DNA of 33,184 nt from a virus (Duplodnaviria; Caudoviricetes): positions 1-33,184 of IMG/VR virus record IMGVR_UViG_3300030451_001850; one strand, given 5' to 3'. The position numbers and the translations under genes are program-made. Shown here one piece after another: positions 1-10,574 of the stretch. The notes under the pieces are model-generated. The model ran no database searches. It was not told the origin of the DNA and was given only the letters and a program-made list of their open reading frames with translations. Position 1 is the stretch's first letter. The number at the start of each line of letters is the position of its first letter.

Positions 1-804
1 TTTAGAAGAATAATCAGATGTATTAGGAACAACTCCGTCAACTTTAATAGCGTAATTCTGTGCTTTTGTTGCATTATCTGATGCACTATTAATAGCTGAA
101 AGATTATTAGCTACTGTTGTGACATCACTTGATATACCAGCAACATCACTAATAGCAGTATTTATACCAGCTACTGTATTAATATTTGTATTATTACCAG
201 CGACTGTTTGTATTTGTGAACTAATGCCAGCTACTGTGCTAATAGATGCTGATATAGAAGCTACTGTAGCTGTATCTGATACATTTGGCCCAGCTTCTGC
301 TACACCTGTTGTTGCATTAAATGCTAAGTATTTACCTTTTCTAGAATCTTTTGTAGGCAATGTAATTGAAGCCAAGTCATCAGAGTCTGGTAATGTTAAT
401 GCTCTATCATTAGCATTTTCAACTTGTTGCATTACTGCATATATTTTATCTAATTCTGTATTAAGTGATGATATATTAAATGGCCCTGATGTAGCAAAAT
501 CAGAAGTTCTAGCTATAGGAGTATCTCTAAATATTGTATAGGTAAAAGTATTGTCGTTTGTGTCACCTAGAGTAATACTGCCACCAGAGAAGCCATCATC
601 AACTGCAACACCTGTTACTGCAAAAGTGCCAGAGCCAGTTCCTCTGGAAAGGACAGTATCAACACCAGCTGATGTCGTTCTAATAACTTTAATGTCATCT
701 AATTCGAAAAAAGGAAAGTCAATTGTCAAAGGTGTAACGTTAGCTGTTACAGCTTGAGTGTATTGTATTCGAGCATCATTATCTGCAATTGATATCGTAG
801 CCAT
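1..804 (-). CDS. Tail fibre protein, N-terminal part (runs off window)
   Basis: Not in ORF track; read manually from ATG at 804: MATISIADNDARIQYTQAVTANVTPLTIDFPFF...TIFRDTPIARTSDFATSGPFNISSLNTELDKI, resembling T7 gp17-type N-terminal adaptor domains; open to position 1; follows the internal virion genes. Confidence 0.85.
   Translation of the reverse strand, partial: MATISIADNDARIQYTQAVTANVTPLTIDFPFFELDDIKVIRTTSAGVDTVLSRGTGSGTFAVTGVAVDDGFSGGSITLGDTNDNTFTYTIFRDTPIARTSDFATSGPFNISSLNTELDKIYAVMQQVENANDRALTLPDSDDLASITLPTKDSRKGKYLAFNATTGVAEAGPNVSDTATVASISASISTVAGISSQIQTVAGNNTNINTVAGINTAISDVAGISSDVTTVANNLSAINSASDNATKAQNYAIKVDGVVPNTSDYSSK
100..280 (-). repeat. Degenerate 10-aa (30-nt) repeats in the tail fibre shaft
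   Basis: TVASISASIS/TVAGISSQIQ/TVAGNNTNIN/TVAGINTAIS/DVAGISSDVT/TVANNL; boundaries approximate. Confidence 0.7.
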
Positions 805-839
805 ACTTATTTATCCCTTACTTTCATACTTTTGTTAAT

Positions 840-3800
840 TCACAATGCATTATCACTTGGTTTAAATATTCCATCTAATACTGGATCTAAATAGAACAAG
901 TTGCCCCCTGGCAATACAAATCTTGCACTATCTAGTGTCTTTTGATCTGCACTAAAGGTTAATAAATCAGTTCCTACAGAACCTAATGTTGCAATGTTAC
1001 CTCCAGCTGGCCCAGCTAATGCACCAGCTTTTGCACCAAAAGGCATTGGTTTTTCTGTATCACTACCTAATAATGGTCTTAACCCAAGTTTATAATCTGA
1101 TATTTTTTCCAATGTATTGTTTACATCTGTAAACCAACCTAATGCACCACTTCTATCAACTGCATCTATAACAACATCATTAATAGTATCTCTACTATCA
1201 TCAATACCATATTGTGCTTTCTTTATCTCATTTACAACTAATGATAACCCAACAAGCCATGTAAGACCTTGCCAAAATGCAGCATCCTTCTCTTGCAAGC
1301 CAGCTGTAAGTAATCTAACCATGGCACCTTGTCCATAGCTTTTAAACTGAGTTATAAGAGAGCCAAACTCTGTTGATGTCCATAAAGCTCTGTCACCAGC
1401 TCCAGGTGTTATGATTGTTCTTTCTACAGTTTGGTTTAATGCGTTTCTAAATGTTTTTCTTGCAGTAGCATCTGTCCAAAAATCTGTATTTGGCATAAAC
1501 TCACCATCTACTCTTTGTCCATGTTGTCTTATTTGTAAAGCCATTCTACTATGCATTTGCTGATCTATGCCATTAGATAGAAATTTCTCTTGATCCCTTC
1601 TTGTAAGACTAGCCCAAGGTTTCATTATCTGATCTGTCATACGAAGCATTGTAGTTGTACCAGCAAATTCTTTCATTATTTGATTCCACCAGTTCAAACC
1701 ATTGGCAATAAAGAATATACCTGTACTTTGGTTTAATCTTCTTTCCCAAGCAAATCTAGAACCAAAAGTATCTCCTATATCAGCAAACTGAGAAGCTCTT
1801 AGACCTAGTACAGCATCAGCTGCTACACCAGCTTGTTGTAGTTCTTTTTTAGTCATTTGCTTTATTATACTTCTTGATTGTTTAAAGAAGTGTGCAATAC
1901 CTTTTTCGTTGGTTGCTCTTAGACCTTCCACCATCATTGGCCTTACTAAATCAGGAATACTAGATACAACTGCACCACCCATACCTACAAGTACATTAAA
2001 AGATTTCATTGCTCTTACAAATCTACTACTTGTTGCATGTGGGTCTTTAGATGCACCATATGTACCACGAAGTCTATCTCTTAATCCTTTAATATCTCTT
2101 AGATCATTAGCTAAATTCTTTTTTAATTCTCTCCTCTTTTGTAGATTAGGTGCTTCTCTTATTAAGATTTTGTAATCATCTTCTACTGCTTTAATTAAAT
2201 CAGCGATATCAATGTCACCAAAAGTTCTAGTAAGTTCTATGTCCATTCCCATAGTTCTTGTATGATGTCTTAAAACAGATTCAACATCATTATCAAGAAA
2301 GTCATCAATTAGATTGTCTGGTATTTCAAATGTTCTTGCTTTAGTAGATGATGCATTTGTTATCCAATCGATATTCATAGCTTCATCAGGTAAATCATAA
2401 TATGGCTTACTTCTTGTAACCTGATCCATCATTTCATTGGCAAATGCTCTAGATTGAGTTCTATTCAATCCATATGTTCTGCCAGCCCATTGACTTACTC
2501 TAGCAATAAACTGATCTTGATTATCCATTATCTTATCTACTCTCCATATTCTTGGAAAGAATCCATCAGCAGTATTAACCATAACACCAGCAACTCTTAT
2601 TTGTTCTAGATATCCTTTAGCTTTTTGCAAGTCTTCTGTTAACTTTGCTTTTTGTGCTGGATCTGTTGTCTTGGCTATTTTTGCTTCTAAAGATTTAATT
2701 CTTTTGCCAGCTTGTTTTTCAAATAGTTTTACTTGCTGTGCATTATCTTTAATTAAATCAAGATGTTTTTTTACTTGTGTAGCTGATGCATTTACATAAG
2801 GTGTTGCTGAATCAGTTACTGTATCACCATTGTTTCTTACTGCCTTTGCAATTCTTGATCTAAATTCAGATTCAGTTAAATGATCTGATTGTTTAAATAC
2901 ATCTTTAACTTTCTGACTTAAGACTTGATATGATCTTTGTATATCACCATCAGATGCTTGAACACCACGATAGGATAAATATTGCTCATCTACAATATTT
3001 AAAGTTTTGACAAGACTAGGTGTATAAGTTGTTCTAAAAGTTGTTTCTAAACTTTGATCCATTGCAAGTTTTGCATCAACTTTTTTCTGTTGCATGCCAC
3101 CTAGATCAACCATCTTGGCAACTGTATTTCTAACTAATGCATTAGGACTTTGCAATAATCTTGTTACAGGATTCCATGGTAATTTTTCTATACCTATACC
3201 AGTTTCTTTTAATGCATCTTGATCCATTGTTGCATATGCAGTTTCTCTTGATCTTTGTGGATTAATGCCAGCACCACCTTCTTTAAATACTTTAGTTTCT
3301 ACACTTTGTATTGGACTAAAAGGTTTGCTCTTAGCAGTTGTTGTTGTCTTGGCTGTCTTAGTAGGATCTACAGATTCAGCCCATAAAACTGGGCCTTCAT
3401 TAAAATACATTCGAGTACTATATTTACCAAGAGCAGTAGATAAACTACCACCAATAATACCAGCAGTTAGTATAACACCACTACTATCAATGATATCTCT
3501 TGACTCTAGCTCTTGTGCCATAATGATTTCTTCAGGTGCAATAGCAGCTCCAGTTGTTACAAATCCACCTTTAAATCTTTCTTTAGCTTTAGCAGCTCTT
3601 AGATATCTTAATGGAGCCAGAGGTGCAAATATAGCTGGAGAAGTCAAAGAAGATAACACTTGTGGCAAAAGATGATCTGTTGAAGCCAATATCTCCATGT
3701 CTTCAATATCACGTTTCATATTTTGTATTCTTTGTGCAGTTTCACCACTACTACCACTATCTTTGAATCTGTAAATGTAGCCCTCAAGACCAGCATCTTT

Positions 3801-4028
3801 TATTTGATTATCTGCAAAAGGATCGTAGCCTTCTTCTACTTCATACTCCTCATCTACAAATAATCTTGTTATGGCTTCATATGGTGCAAATTGATTAAAT
3901 GAGGCACTAAATACTTGTGATAATGTAGGTTCATAAGGTGAGAATGTTCTGTAAATATTATCATTATTGATCAAATTTACTCTTACTTCATTTTGCTGAT
4001 CTATTAATTTTTTTAGTTCTGGATTCAT
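840..4028 (-). CDS. Large internal virion (ejection) protein, T7 gp16-like position
   Basis: 1062 aa, helical; C-terminal region QFKSYGQGAMVR...DRSGALGWF typical of podovirus internal proteins; synteny. Confidence 0.7.
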   Translation of the reverse strand: MNPELKKLIDQQNEVRVNLINNDNIYRTFSPYEPTLSQVFSASFNQFAPYEAITRLFVDEEYEVEEGYDPFADNQIKDAGLEGYIYRFKDSGSSGETAQRIQNMKRDIEDMEILASTDHLLPQVLSSLTSPAIFAPLAPLRYLRAAKAKERFKGGFVTTGAAIAPEEIIMAQELESRDIIDSSGVILTAGIIGGSLSTALGKYSTRMYFNEGPVLWAESVDPTKTAKTTTTAKSKPFSPIQSVETKVFKEGGAGINPQRSRETAYATMDQDALKETGIGIEKLPWNPVTRLLQSPNALVRNTVAKMVDLGGMQQKKVDAKLAMDQSLETTFRTTYTPSLVKTLNIVDEQYLSYRGVQASDGDIQRSYQVLSQKVKDVFKQSDHLTESEFRSRIAKAVRNNGDTVTDSATPYVNASATQVKKHLDLIKDNAQQVKLFEKQAGKRIKSLEAKIAKTTDPAQKAKLTEDLQKAKGYLEQIRVAGVMVNTADGFFPRIWRVDKIMDNQDQFIARVSQWAGRTYGLNRTQSRAFANEMMDQVTRSKPYYDLPDEAMNIDWITNASSTKARTFEIPDNLIDDFLDNDVESVLRHHTRTMGMDIELTRTFGDIDIADLIKAVEDDYKILIREAPNLQKRRELKKNLANDLRDIKGLRDRLRGTYGASKDPHATSSRFVRAMKSFNVLVGMGGAVVSSIPDLVRPMMVEGLRATNEKGIAHFFKQSRSIIKQMTKKELQQAGVAADAVLGLRASQFADIGDTFGSRFAWERRLNQSTGIFFIANGLNWWNQIMKEFAGTTTMLRMTDQIMKPWASLTRRDQEKFLSNGIDQQMHSRMALQIRQHGQRVDGEFMPNTDFWTDATARKTFRNALNQTVERTIITPGAGDRALWTSTEFGSLITQFKSYGQGAMVRLLTAGLQEKDAAFWQGLTWLVGLSLVVNEIKKAQYGIDDSRDTINDVVIDAVDRSGALGWFTDVNNTLEKISDYKLGLRPLLGSDTEKPMPFGAKAGALAGPAGGNIATLGSVGTDLLTFSADQKTLDSARFVLPGGNLFYLDPVLDGIFKPSDNAL

Positions 4029-7000
4029 TAATCGTCTTCAATAACACTTTTAGCTGCATCAGGATCCATCTTCCAAGCATTTCGATCCATTCCTAATGTA
4101 AGAAGTAAAGCTCTTGCTTTAGCAATAGTATAACCATCAGGGTCAATTAAATCAGAATCTTTTATAAGGCCTGGGGTCAATGCCATCATTGTATTATTGT
4201 AAAGATTTACAAAACCTTTTAGAAAGTTTTGATCTGACATACCCTCATTCCAACTTCTATATAATGATTTAAGTTTAATACGATCAAGTCCTGGCATGGC
4301 TCTGTATAAAGTTGTGCCAAAGTTGTCATTCTTTAATTGATTCATTGCAATCTGATAGGCTTTGTTCTGAGGGCTATGCTTCCAATCAAAGATAAAATTA
4401 TTAGATAATAAAACTTGTTTACCCCCAGGGTGTTCAACATAAATTCTATATGAAGGTCTATCACCAGCTACTTCATTAGGTACTATTTTAAAACTACGAT
4501 TAGCAAAGGCCTCTTGAGTATCTCTGTCTCTTAATGCTGGCACATTACTAAAATGCTCAAAGATATATTCGTTAACATCTGTTTCAGTAATTTTTGCTAT
4601 ATCATTATCTACTGTTTTTTGAAACTCTGCTACAGGTGGATACATTGTTAAAACAGAAGTTCCATCAGGATTCTTTTTTATGCCAACACTTTCCATAACT
4701 TGAGCCAATGACATTGATATGGCTTGGTTTAATGCTTTGTCCACACCATGATCAATATTAACTTGATCACTCATTAAGTTAAAACGAAATGATTTAAACA
4801 ACTTGTTTCTTAATGTTGGGTTGGAATTGATAGCTTCATAGAAGCCTTGACCTTTTGTAATTTCATTAAATCTTTCAAGGTTAAGTCTTTGTACATCATT
4901 AACTTCTCTTTCTGCTATATCAAAAGGTAGTCTAAATGTATTTTTTAAATACTTAGCCATAAAACCACTTAAACTAAATACATAATCATCACTTAGATTT
5001 TTTAATGTGTTTGTAAATACTTCATCAAGTGTCTGGTTTTTATTTGTAAACATAGATTCTGTTCTTGCCATACTCTTATCTTTTTTCTTTAAATATACTC
5101 TTTCTAATGTTTCCTTTGGTACATTTAAAGTAGAAGCTATATCTAGTAACTCTGTGTCAATATCTTTTAAAATATGATGATCGACATAGGCTTTATCCAT
5201 TCCATAATTTTTTGCAGTAACTACTAATGTTTTATAAAATCTTAAAACTTGCTCATGTTTCTCTGGCTCTAATGTTGCAAAATTTTTCATTGCAGAAATA
5301 ATATTGCCTTCAGGTAAAACAGTTCTATTTTTAATCATATACTGAATACCAGCTATCATGCTTTTCTCTGCTACTTCCATATCAGAGCTAACAATATCTA
5401 AATCTACCTTTTGTCCATTAACAAATACTTTTGTTGGATATAATATATTGTTGCCTAGTTTCTTTTGTGCTGCTTGTTGGTTAGTCGTTGTAGATCCACC
5501 AGCTGTGTTATTATTAAAGCCTTGATTTACCTCTGATACTAAATCTTTATATTGATTGTATTTTTTTGTGTATAAGGTAAGTGCTTCATTATATTGAGTT
5601 TCAGTCATTACAGCAGTTGCTGAATTACCAACTAACCCAGACTTTTTGTATAAATCTTTACTATTCGCAAATACAACAGGTGGTGTTGTAAAAGAAGTTC
5701 CAAACTTCATCTCATCTAGTATAGGTTGCATAGCTTGTGCTTTTTCACTTTTAATAACTGCTATATTGTATTTAACTTTATCACTTACCCATTGCTGATA
5801 AACTCTTTTTGGTAAATTATTTCTATTAGTTTCAAACCATTCATCTACTTCTTTTCTGTCTTCTGTAGTAGTTCCAGGGTTAGAAAGATTAATTAACTTG
5901 AGCATACCATCTTCGCCAAATTTACTCTGTTCAAGTTTTTCTAAACTTTGTCTTCTGCCTGAAATAATTGATTGTAAACTTGCACCATAATTTGTGTTAC
6001 CAAATTTAGCAGTTATTTCCAAAGCAGATGGTAAATCTGATGCATCAGTTTCAGCATATATTTTGTTTATCATTGTAAAATAATCTAATTGTTGTTGCTG
6101 TACATCAGCTGCTTTCTTATCTTTTCTAATTCTTTCATGATAAGTTATTCTTGCATTCATAGCATCAGCAATAACTTTTGTATCTAATCCACTTCCAGTA
6201 AATTGTTTGACTGTATCATCAACCATCTGTCTTTGTTCATGCAAAGGAACCTTGGCAAGTACAGCACTATCGATAGCATTAGAACTTACTCTTGCTTGCA
6301 AGTTTGAATTATAAGCAAAAACAATATTATTATATTCCAAATCTGAAGATACGTTTGCTCTTATAAGCTCAAACACTTCTAGTTTATCTTGAGCTATATT
6401 TTCTAAATCATGTCCACCAAGACCACTTCTTGCATCAGCTTCTTGTTTGTTGAGTGCTTCTAAAAGTTTTGACCCATTCAGTAAATTTTGTTTTCTAACA
6501 CCATCTAAGTGTATAGCACTAGCTTTTCTAGTTGTTCTAGCCCATGCTTCATTTACAGATGGGCCTATAGCACTCCATACTTCTGATGGAAGTTTTGTTT
6601 CTAATGCTTGTACATATTTTTGGCTATCATTAAAAACTGCAAGTTTGTTATTGTCTCCCATCTTGCCTTGATGTGTACTAAAAGAATTATTAGCTGAATC
6701 TAAAGCATCTGTAACTATAGCCGATTTATAACTTGAAATAGCAAATTGTTTGTACCTTTCAAGTGCTTGTCTTTTATTTGCTTGGTTCAGTATTGATGGA
6801 TTAAATTGATCTAATGCAACTTGATCAAGTGGTAGTACTTTTCCATCTTTATCTGTTCTTGCTCCAATAATCTTACCTTGCTTTTCAGCTTCAAGATATG
6901 CTGTCTTAAGTTGTGCTTGATCTACATCTGCTGTAATATTTCCAACAATCTTTGAAAGATTCAATGTAGCATTTGCCATATCTTTGGCACCAGTATCAGC

Positions 7001-7054
7001 TATACCAATATTTTGTATATAGTTTCTTCTTTGTGTTGTTCTTTTTATTGCCAT
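4028..7054 (-). CDS. Internal virion protein, T7 gp15-like position
   Basis: 1008 aa helical protein, TAATG-coupled to both neighbours; call mainly from synteny. Confidence 0.6.
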   Translation of the reverse strand: MAIKRTTQRRNYIQNIGIADTGAKDMANATLNLSKIVGNITADVDQAQLKTAYLEAEKQGKIIGARTDKDGKVLPLDQVALDQFNPSILNQANKRQALERYKQFAISSYKSAIVTDALDSANNSFSTHQGKMGDNNKLAVFNDSQKYVQALETKLPSEVWSAIGPSVNEAWARTTRKASAIHLDGVRKQNLLNGSKLLEALNKQEADARSGLGGHDLENIAQDKLEVFELIRANVSSDLEYNNIVFAYNSNLQARVSSNAIDSAVLAKVPLHEQRQMVDDTVKQFTGSGLDTKVIADAMNARITYHERIRKDKKAADVQQQQLDYFTMINKIYAETDASDLPSALEITAKFGNTNYGASLQSIISGRRQSLEKLEQSKFGEDGMLKLINLSNPGTTTEDRKEVDEWFETNRNNLPKRVYQQWVSDKVKYNIAVIKSEKAQAMQPILDEMKFGTSFTTPPVVFANSKDLYKKSGLVGNSATAVMTETQYNEALTLYTKKYNQYKDLVSEVNQGFNNNTAGGSTTTNQQAAQKKLGNNILYPTKVFVNGQKVDLDIVSSDMEVAEKSMIAGIQYMIKNRTVLPEGNIISAMKNFATLEPEKHEQVLRFYKTLVVTAKNYGMDKAYVDHHILKDIDTELLDIASTLNVPKETLERVYLKKKDKSMARTESMFTNKNQTLDEVFTNTLKNLSDDYVFSLSGFMAKYLKNTFRLPFDIAEREVNDVQRLNLERFNEITKGQGFYEAINSNPTLRNKLFKSFRFNLMSDQVNIDHGVDKALNQAISMSLAQVMESVGIKKNPDGTSVLTMYPPVAEFQKTVDNDIAKITETDVNEYIFEHFSNVPALRDRDTQEAFANRSFKIVPNEVAGDRPSYRIYVEHPGGKQVLLSNNFIFDWKHSPQNKAYQIAMNQLKNDNFGTTLYRAMPGLDRIKLKSLYRSWNEGMSDQNFLKGFVNLYNNTMMALTPGLIKDSDLIDPDGYTIAKARALLLTLGMDRNAWKMDPDAAKSVIEDD

Positions 7055-7470
7055 TATGTACTCATATATGCTTTAGTTCCCATTGCAACTGCTTGACCAT
7101 ATCCTTGTAGTTGAGCTGCTTTACCTTTTATTCTAGAGCCAGAGGCACTAATTTTAAATTGTCTTCTTTTAGAATCGCCCATAAATTTAATGGATGACAA
7201 GTCAGCACTAGCAATTTTCTTCTCTGCTCTTTTTATTGTTTGTGTTGTTGGAGATAATACACTTACTCCTGATCCAGCAGTAGTCGCAAGTATAGAAGAT
7301 AACTGCTCATTTAACTGTGCAGTTCTATTAATAGCTTGTTGATCTGCTTCAATGCCAGCAATATCAGCTTGTTCTAGTTTTTGTTGTGCTTCAATCTCAT
7401 AGGCTTTTCTAGCTTGGTTTGCACCAGCTACAGCAATTGCAGCACTTAATCCATATCCTACAGCTCCCAT
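7054..7470 (-). CDS. Small internal virion protein, T7 gp14-like
   Basis: 138 aa, Ala/Gly/Gln-rich with hydrophobic N-terminus; directly after tail tubular B. Confidence 0.6.
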   Translation of the reverse strand: MGAVGYGLSAAIAVAGANQARKAYEIEAQQKLEQADIAGIEADQQAINRTAQLNEQLSSILATTAGSGVSVLSPTTQTIKRAEKKIASADLSSIKFMGDSKRRQFKISASGSRIKGKAAQLQGYGQAVAMGTKAYMST

Positions 7471-9398
7471 TAGACCTCTACTTCCAACATCACGCCATTT
7501 AATGTTAATGGCAATGGTTCATCTTGTGTTATATCCACTCTACCTAATTTACCCCATCCAAGTAAATACACTTCTTTTCTTTCTGTAACAGTTGTTGGCT
7601 CTTGTGAAAAGTCATCAGTAACTTGTCTTATTAATATTTTAGTTCCACCAGCTTTCACATTTAAAGTAGTAACTAAATCTAATACTGCTCTAACTATCCT
7701 TCTTCTCTGACCAACAGTTACACCATCTTGTAGTTGTGTTTCAGGTGGCAAGGTAGTGACCAAAGGGGAAAATGCTAAACCTATTTCAACGGAGGATACT
7801 GCGTCATTTAAGGTTATCTGGCCACTACCATTCGTTGTAAAAGTTCCTAATGAATAATTACCAGACTTTACTTGCACTTGTGTATTTGGCAAATGACTAA
7901 CAGTCCATGTTGTAATTGGAGATCCATTAGTTTGTTGTGATGCACTATCAAGATGATAGCTATTATCTAAAAGCTCTAATGATGTAACAGTTGAAGAATT
8001 TATTGTTCTTTCGCATATACAATAAATCTTTCTATTTACATTGACTATATTTTTAAACTGTCCATTAGTTTCATATCTAACCCAACCCTGTACCTTTTCT
8101 TTTCTTATAGACATAAATACAGGTAGATGACCATCGCTATTGACTAAATATAAATAACCTTCCATCTGATCTGGTGCTTCTCTTTGTGCTTCTATCTCTA
8201 CTGGAGTTCCTATTAAATGTTCAGATAACAATGTAATAGCATCAGAATTGTAGGCTTGTGATATATCACTAAATATAAATTCTCTGATTGCACCCTTGGA
8301 TTTTGTTAAAAATGCTATAGCTCCATCAAATTCTTTTGGTTGAACTGAGCCACTTCCAAAGCTAGTTTGTCTTCTTACTGTAATTGTACTAGGTGCTAAT
8401 GGTTTATTTTCAGATGTAGGTATGTACAACTCTTGCTCTGAAGTAAAGATTGTAAGAAATCTAAAAGATTGTAATGCTTTGATTTCAGATACTTGAGCTT
8501 CAGCAATTTGTATTTGTATAGAGTCTGAGTCTGCACCAGTTCCTATATCAAAATTAGTAAACTCACCAACTTTAGACATGAATAAAAAGTTTGGTAAATC
8601 TCTACTACCACCAAATATTAATCTTTGATCGTGAAAAGTAACTGTTCTTGCATAACCTCTTGTACTGCTAAATACTTGTTCTCCCCAATCTGTTATTGCA
8701 TTTGTATTAGCCAATGCACCTGAAAGAGTAGCAGTTACAACAGTAGCACTTGTAAATGCAGTTATTCTTGCATGCCTTACTATATTGGAACTATCTACTA
8801 ATCTTATGTATGTATTTACATATGATGCACTAAAAGAATTTGCACTAGCTGTAAGTGTAACAGAGCCAGAGGTTCCACTTGGAGTAATTGTTGTGCTTGA
8901 TGCAACAAACTTAAAATAAGGCTGGAACTTTAGTCCGTTACTTTCATCGAAGTCATAAGCTGAAATTGCAAAGTTCGTAGAGCTTGTTCTTGTAATCTTT
9001 TGAGTTACCATATCAGGGTGAGTTACATACATTGTGTCACCACTTTGAGATACAACAAGTGAACCTATCATAGATGATGTCCATGTTAGACTTGTTATAG
9101 TTTGCAACAGTACAGTTGGATTAGCTGTATCAACAATCTTTAATGCATTGGCATAAAATAATAATATATAGGCTTCATCTTCATCATAGATATAAGCTTC
9201 TGCTTGATAAGTTGCATTTGATAAAGTTTGTAAGTATCTAAGTCCAGGTCTTCTTGTAAGTCCACCTTGAGCTTTGAGTCTTACATTTCTTAGTCTAAAT
9301 GCTCCATTCTTATAAGCATCAGAATCAACTCTAGATGATAAAAGAGGAGTAAGTTCTCCAGCTGAGAAATTCGTATAATATTGTCGTAACAGAGCCAA
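7470..9398 (-). CDS. Tail tubular protein B (nozzle)
   Basis: NFSAGELTPLL, QGGLTRRPG, FHDQRLIFGG and C-terminal QDEPLPLT motifs of podovirus nozzle proteins. Confidence 0.85.
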   Translation of the reverse strand: MALLRQYYTNFSAGELTPLLSSRVDSDAYKNGAFRLRNVRLKAQGGLTRRPGLRYLQTLSNATYQAEAYIYDEDEAYILLFYANALKIVDTANPTVLLQTITSLTWTSSMIGSLVVSQSGDTMYVTHPDMVTQKITRTSSTNFAISAYDFDESNGLKFQPYFKFVASSTTITPSGTSGSVTLTASANSFSASYVNTYIRLVDSSNIVRHARITAFTSATVVTATLSGALANTNAITDWGEQVFSSTRGYARTVTFHDQRLIFGGSRDLPNFLFMSKVGEFTNFDIGTGADSDSIQIQIAEAQVSEIKALQSFRFLTIFTSEQELYIPTSENKPLAPSTITVRRQTSFGSGSVQPKEFDGAIAFLTKSKGAIREFIFSDISQAYNSDAITLLSEHLIGTPVEIEAQREAPDQMEGYLYLVNSDGHLPVFMSIRKEKVQGWVRYETNGQFKNIVNVNRKIYCICERTINSSTVTSLELLDNSYHLDSASQQTNGSPITTWTVSHLPNTQVQVKSGNYSLGTFTTNGSGQITLNDAVSSVEIGLAFSPLVTTLPPETQLQDGVTVGQRRRIVRAVLDLVTTLNVKAGGTKILIRQVTDDFSQEPTTVTERKEVYLLGWGKLGRVDITQDEPLPLTLNGVMLEVEV

Positions 9399-10025
9399 TT
9401 ATGATGTTTCCCCTTCTATTCTTGCAAACAGATTAGAACCAAGTCTTACTTTGGTAAATCTGTCCAAGGCAACTTGTTGTGTTGTTGTTTGCTGAGAATC
9501 TCTTGCTTTAGCCATACGAAACTGAGAATCTGCTAAATTTTGATACGATCTTGCAATATCACCTTTTCTAATAACAGATAAGGCAAGAACATTAGCAAGT
9601 CTATAGATAACCCATAAAGTAAATGGTGGTATCCAATCTTGTGTAGCAACTCTAAAAATATAGTTAAGTACAACATCATCGTTGATATCAGCATTCATAA
9701 AGACTTTGTCTTCATAGATATCATAATTCTGTACAACTTTATCTACTGTAACAGTTTGAACTTGTACAACCTTTGGATTTGTTGGAAGCTGGTAAGCAGC
9801 ATCCCAACGATCTAATGGTGTATCTGTGAGTCTTGCTAACTGTATCTGACCAGTAGCAAAGTTCCAGTTATGCATTGACAAACAGTCTTCAACAATATCT
9901 TCAAAGACAGTATTCATTACAAGAGCTTCATCTGTTGACTCTGTAAATGAAGAAAGTGGCTCCATGCCAACCATAACCATGGCTCTTTGAGCTACCTCAA
10001 TATCTGTCTTTGCTGTTGTAGGCAT
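9399..10025 (-). CDS. Tail tubular protein A (adaptor/gatekeeper)
   Basis: 208 aa, HNWNFAT...AYQLP motif; position between capsid and nozzle genes. Confidence 0.8.
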   Translation of the reverse strand: MPTTAKTDIEVAQRAMVMVGMEPLSSFTESTDEALVMNTVFEDIVEDCLSMHNWNFATGQIQLARLTDTPLDRWDAAYQLPTNPKVVQVQTVTVDKVVQNYDIYEDKVFMNADINDDVVLNYIFRVATQDWIPPFTLWVIYRLANVLALSVIRKGDIARSYQNLADSQFRMAKARDSQQTTTQQVALDRFTKVRLGSNLFARIEGETS

Positions 10026-10171
10026 TATGCGTAACTAGAGCCAGATGTTTTCTTTGTCCCTTTGTTACCCATCTTTTTCTTTTTCTTATTAAGCATAGAT
10101 GTGTACTGCTTATAATCTTTCATACCTTTTTTGGTATATGGAAATTCTTTTCCATCACTAGCTTTTGGCAT
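10025..10171 (-). CDS. Small basic hypothetical protein (48 aa)
   Basis: Manual ORF MPKASDGKEFPYTKKGMKDYKQY...KKTSGSSYA; TAATG-coupled to tubular A; GGAG upstream. Confidence 0.7.
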   Translation of the reverse strand: MPKASDGKEFPYTKKGMKDYKQYTSMLNKKKKKMGNKGTKKTSGSSYA

Positions 10172-10304
10172 CAACTTTACTCCCTAATTTTGCATTTTTA
10201 CCCCAAGTAACAGTATAGACTGTACCATTTACTGTTCTTGTAGATGATTGAGAGGAAGTGGCCTTTACAGCCACCTCCTTTTTAGTTGTCGGTTTCTTCG
10301 ACAT
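10158..10304 (-). CDS. Small hypothetical protein (48 aa)
   Basis: Manual ORF MSKKPTTKKEVAVKATSSQSSTRTVNGTVYTVTWGKNAKLGSKVDAKS; TAATG-coupled to the upstream gene. Confidence 0.65.
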   Translation of the reverse strand: MSKKPTTKKEVAVKATSSQSSTRTVNGTVYTVTWGKNAKLGSKVDAKS

Positions 10305-10564
10305 TATCTACTATCCGAAGTCATGCTAACAATATCACCAACATCAATTGCTGATCCATCGTTAGAAACTACTGTAGCTATGCCAAAACCATTACTTGCA
10401 TTGATAAATATTACATCGCCAACATTCATTTCATTGACTAATGCATTAAAGTATCCAGCAGTATCGATTGTATTGAGGTTATCACCTGTTGATTTATAGT
10501 TCCAGATATGGAAGCCATTACCAGCATAAGAAACTAAACTCAATTTTGTTTGATCTAACGCCAT
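10304..10564 (-). CDS. Probable capsid decoration/minor head protein
   Basis: 86 aa, beta-rich, AGYFN...VGDVI; immediately after the major capsid gene. Confidence 0.55.
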   Translation of the reverse strand: MALDQTKLSLVSYAGNGFHIWNYKSTGDNLNTIDTAGYFNALVNEMNVGDVIFINASNGFGIATVVSNDGSAIDVGDIVSMTSDSR

Positions 10565-10574
10565 TTTTAACCCC

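Noticed and set aside
119-3675. Plus-strand ORFs opposite structural genes (119-541, 551-757, 1117-1338, 1909-2175, 3265-3675) and similar ones elsewhere
   Set aside because: Antisense shadows of real genes, with no RBS or recognisable motifs
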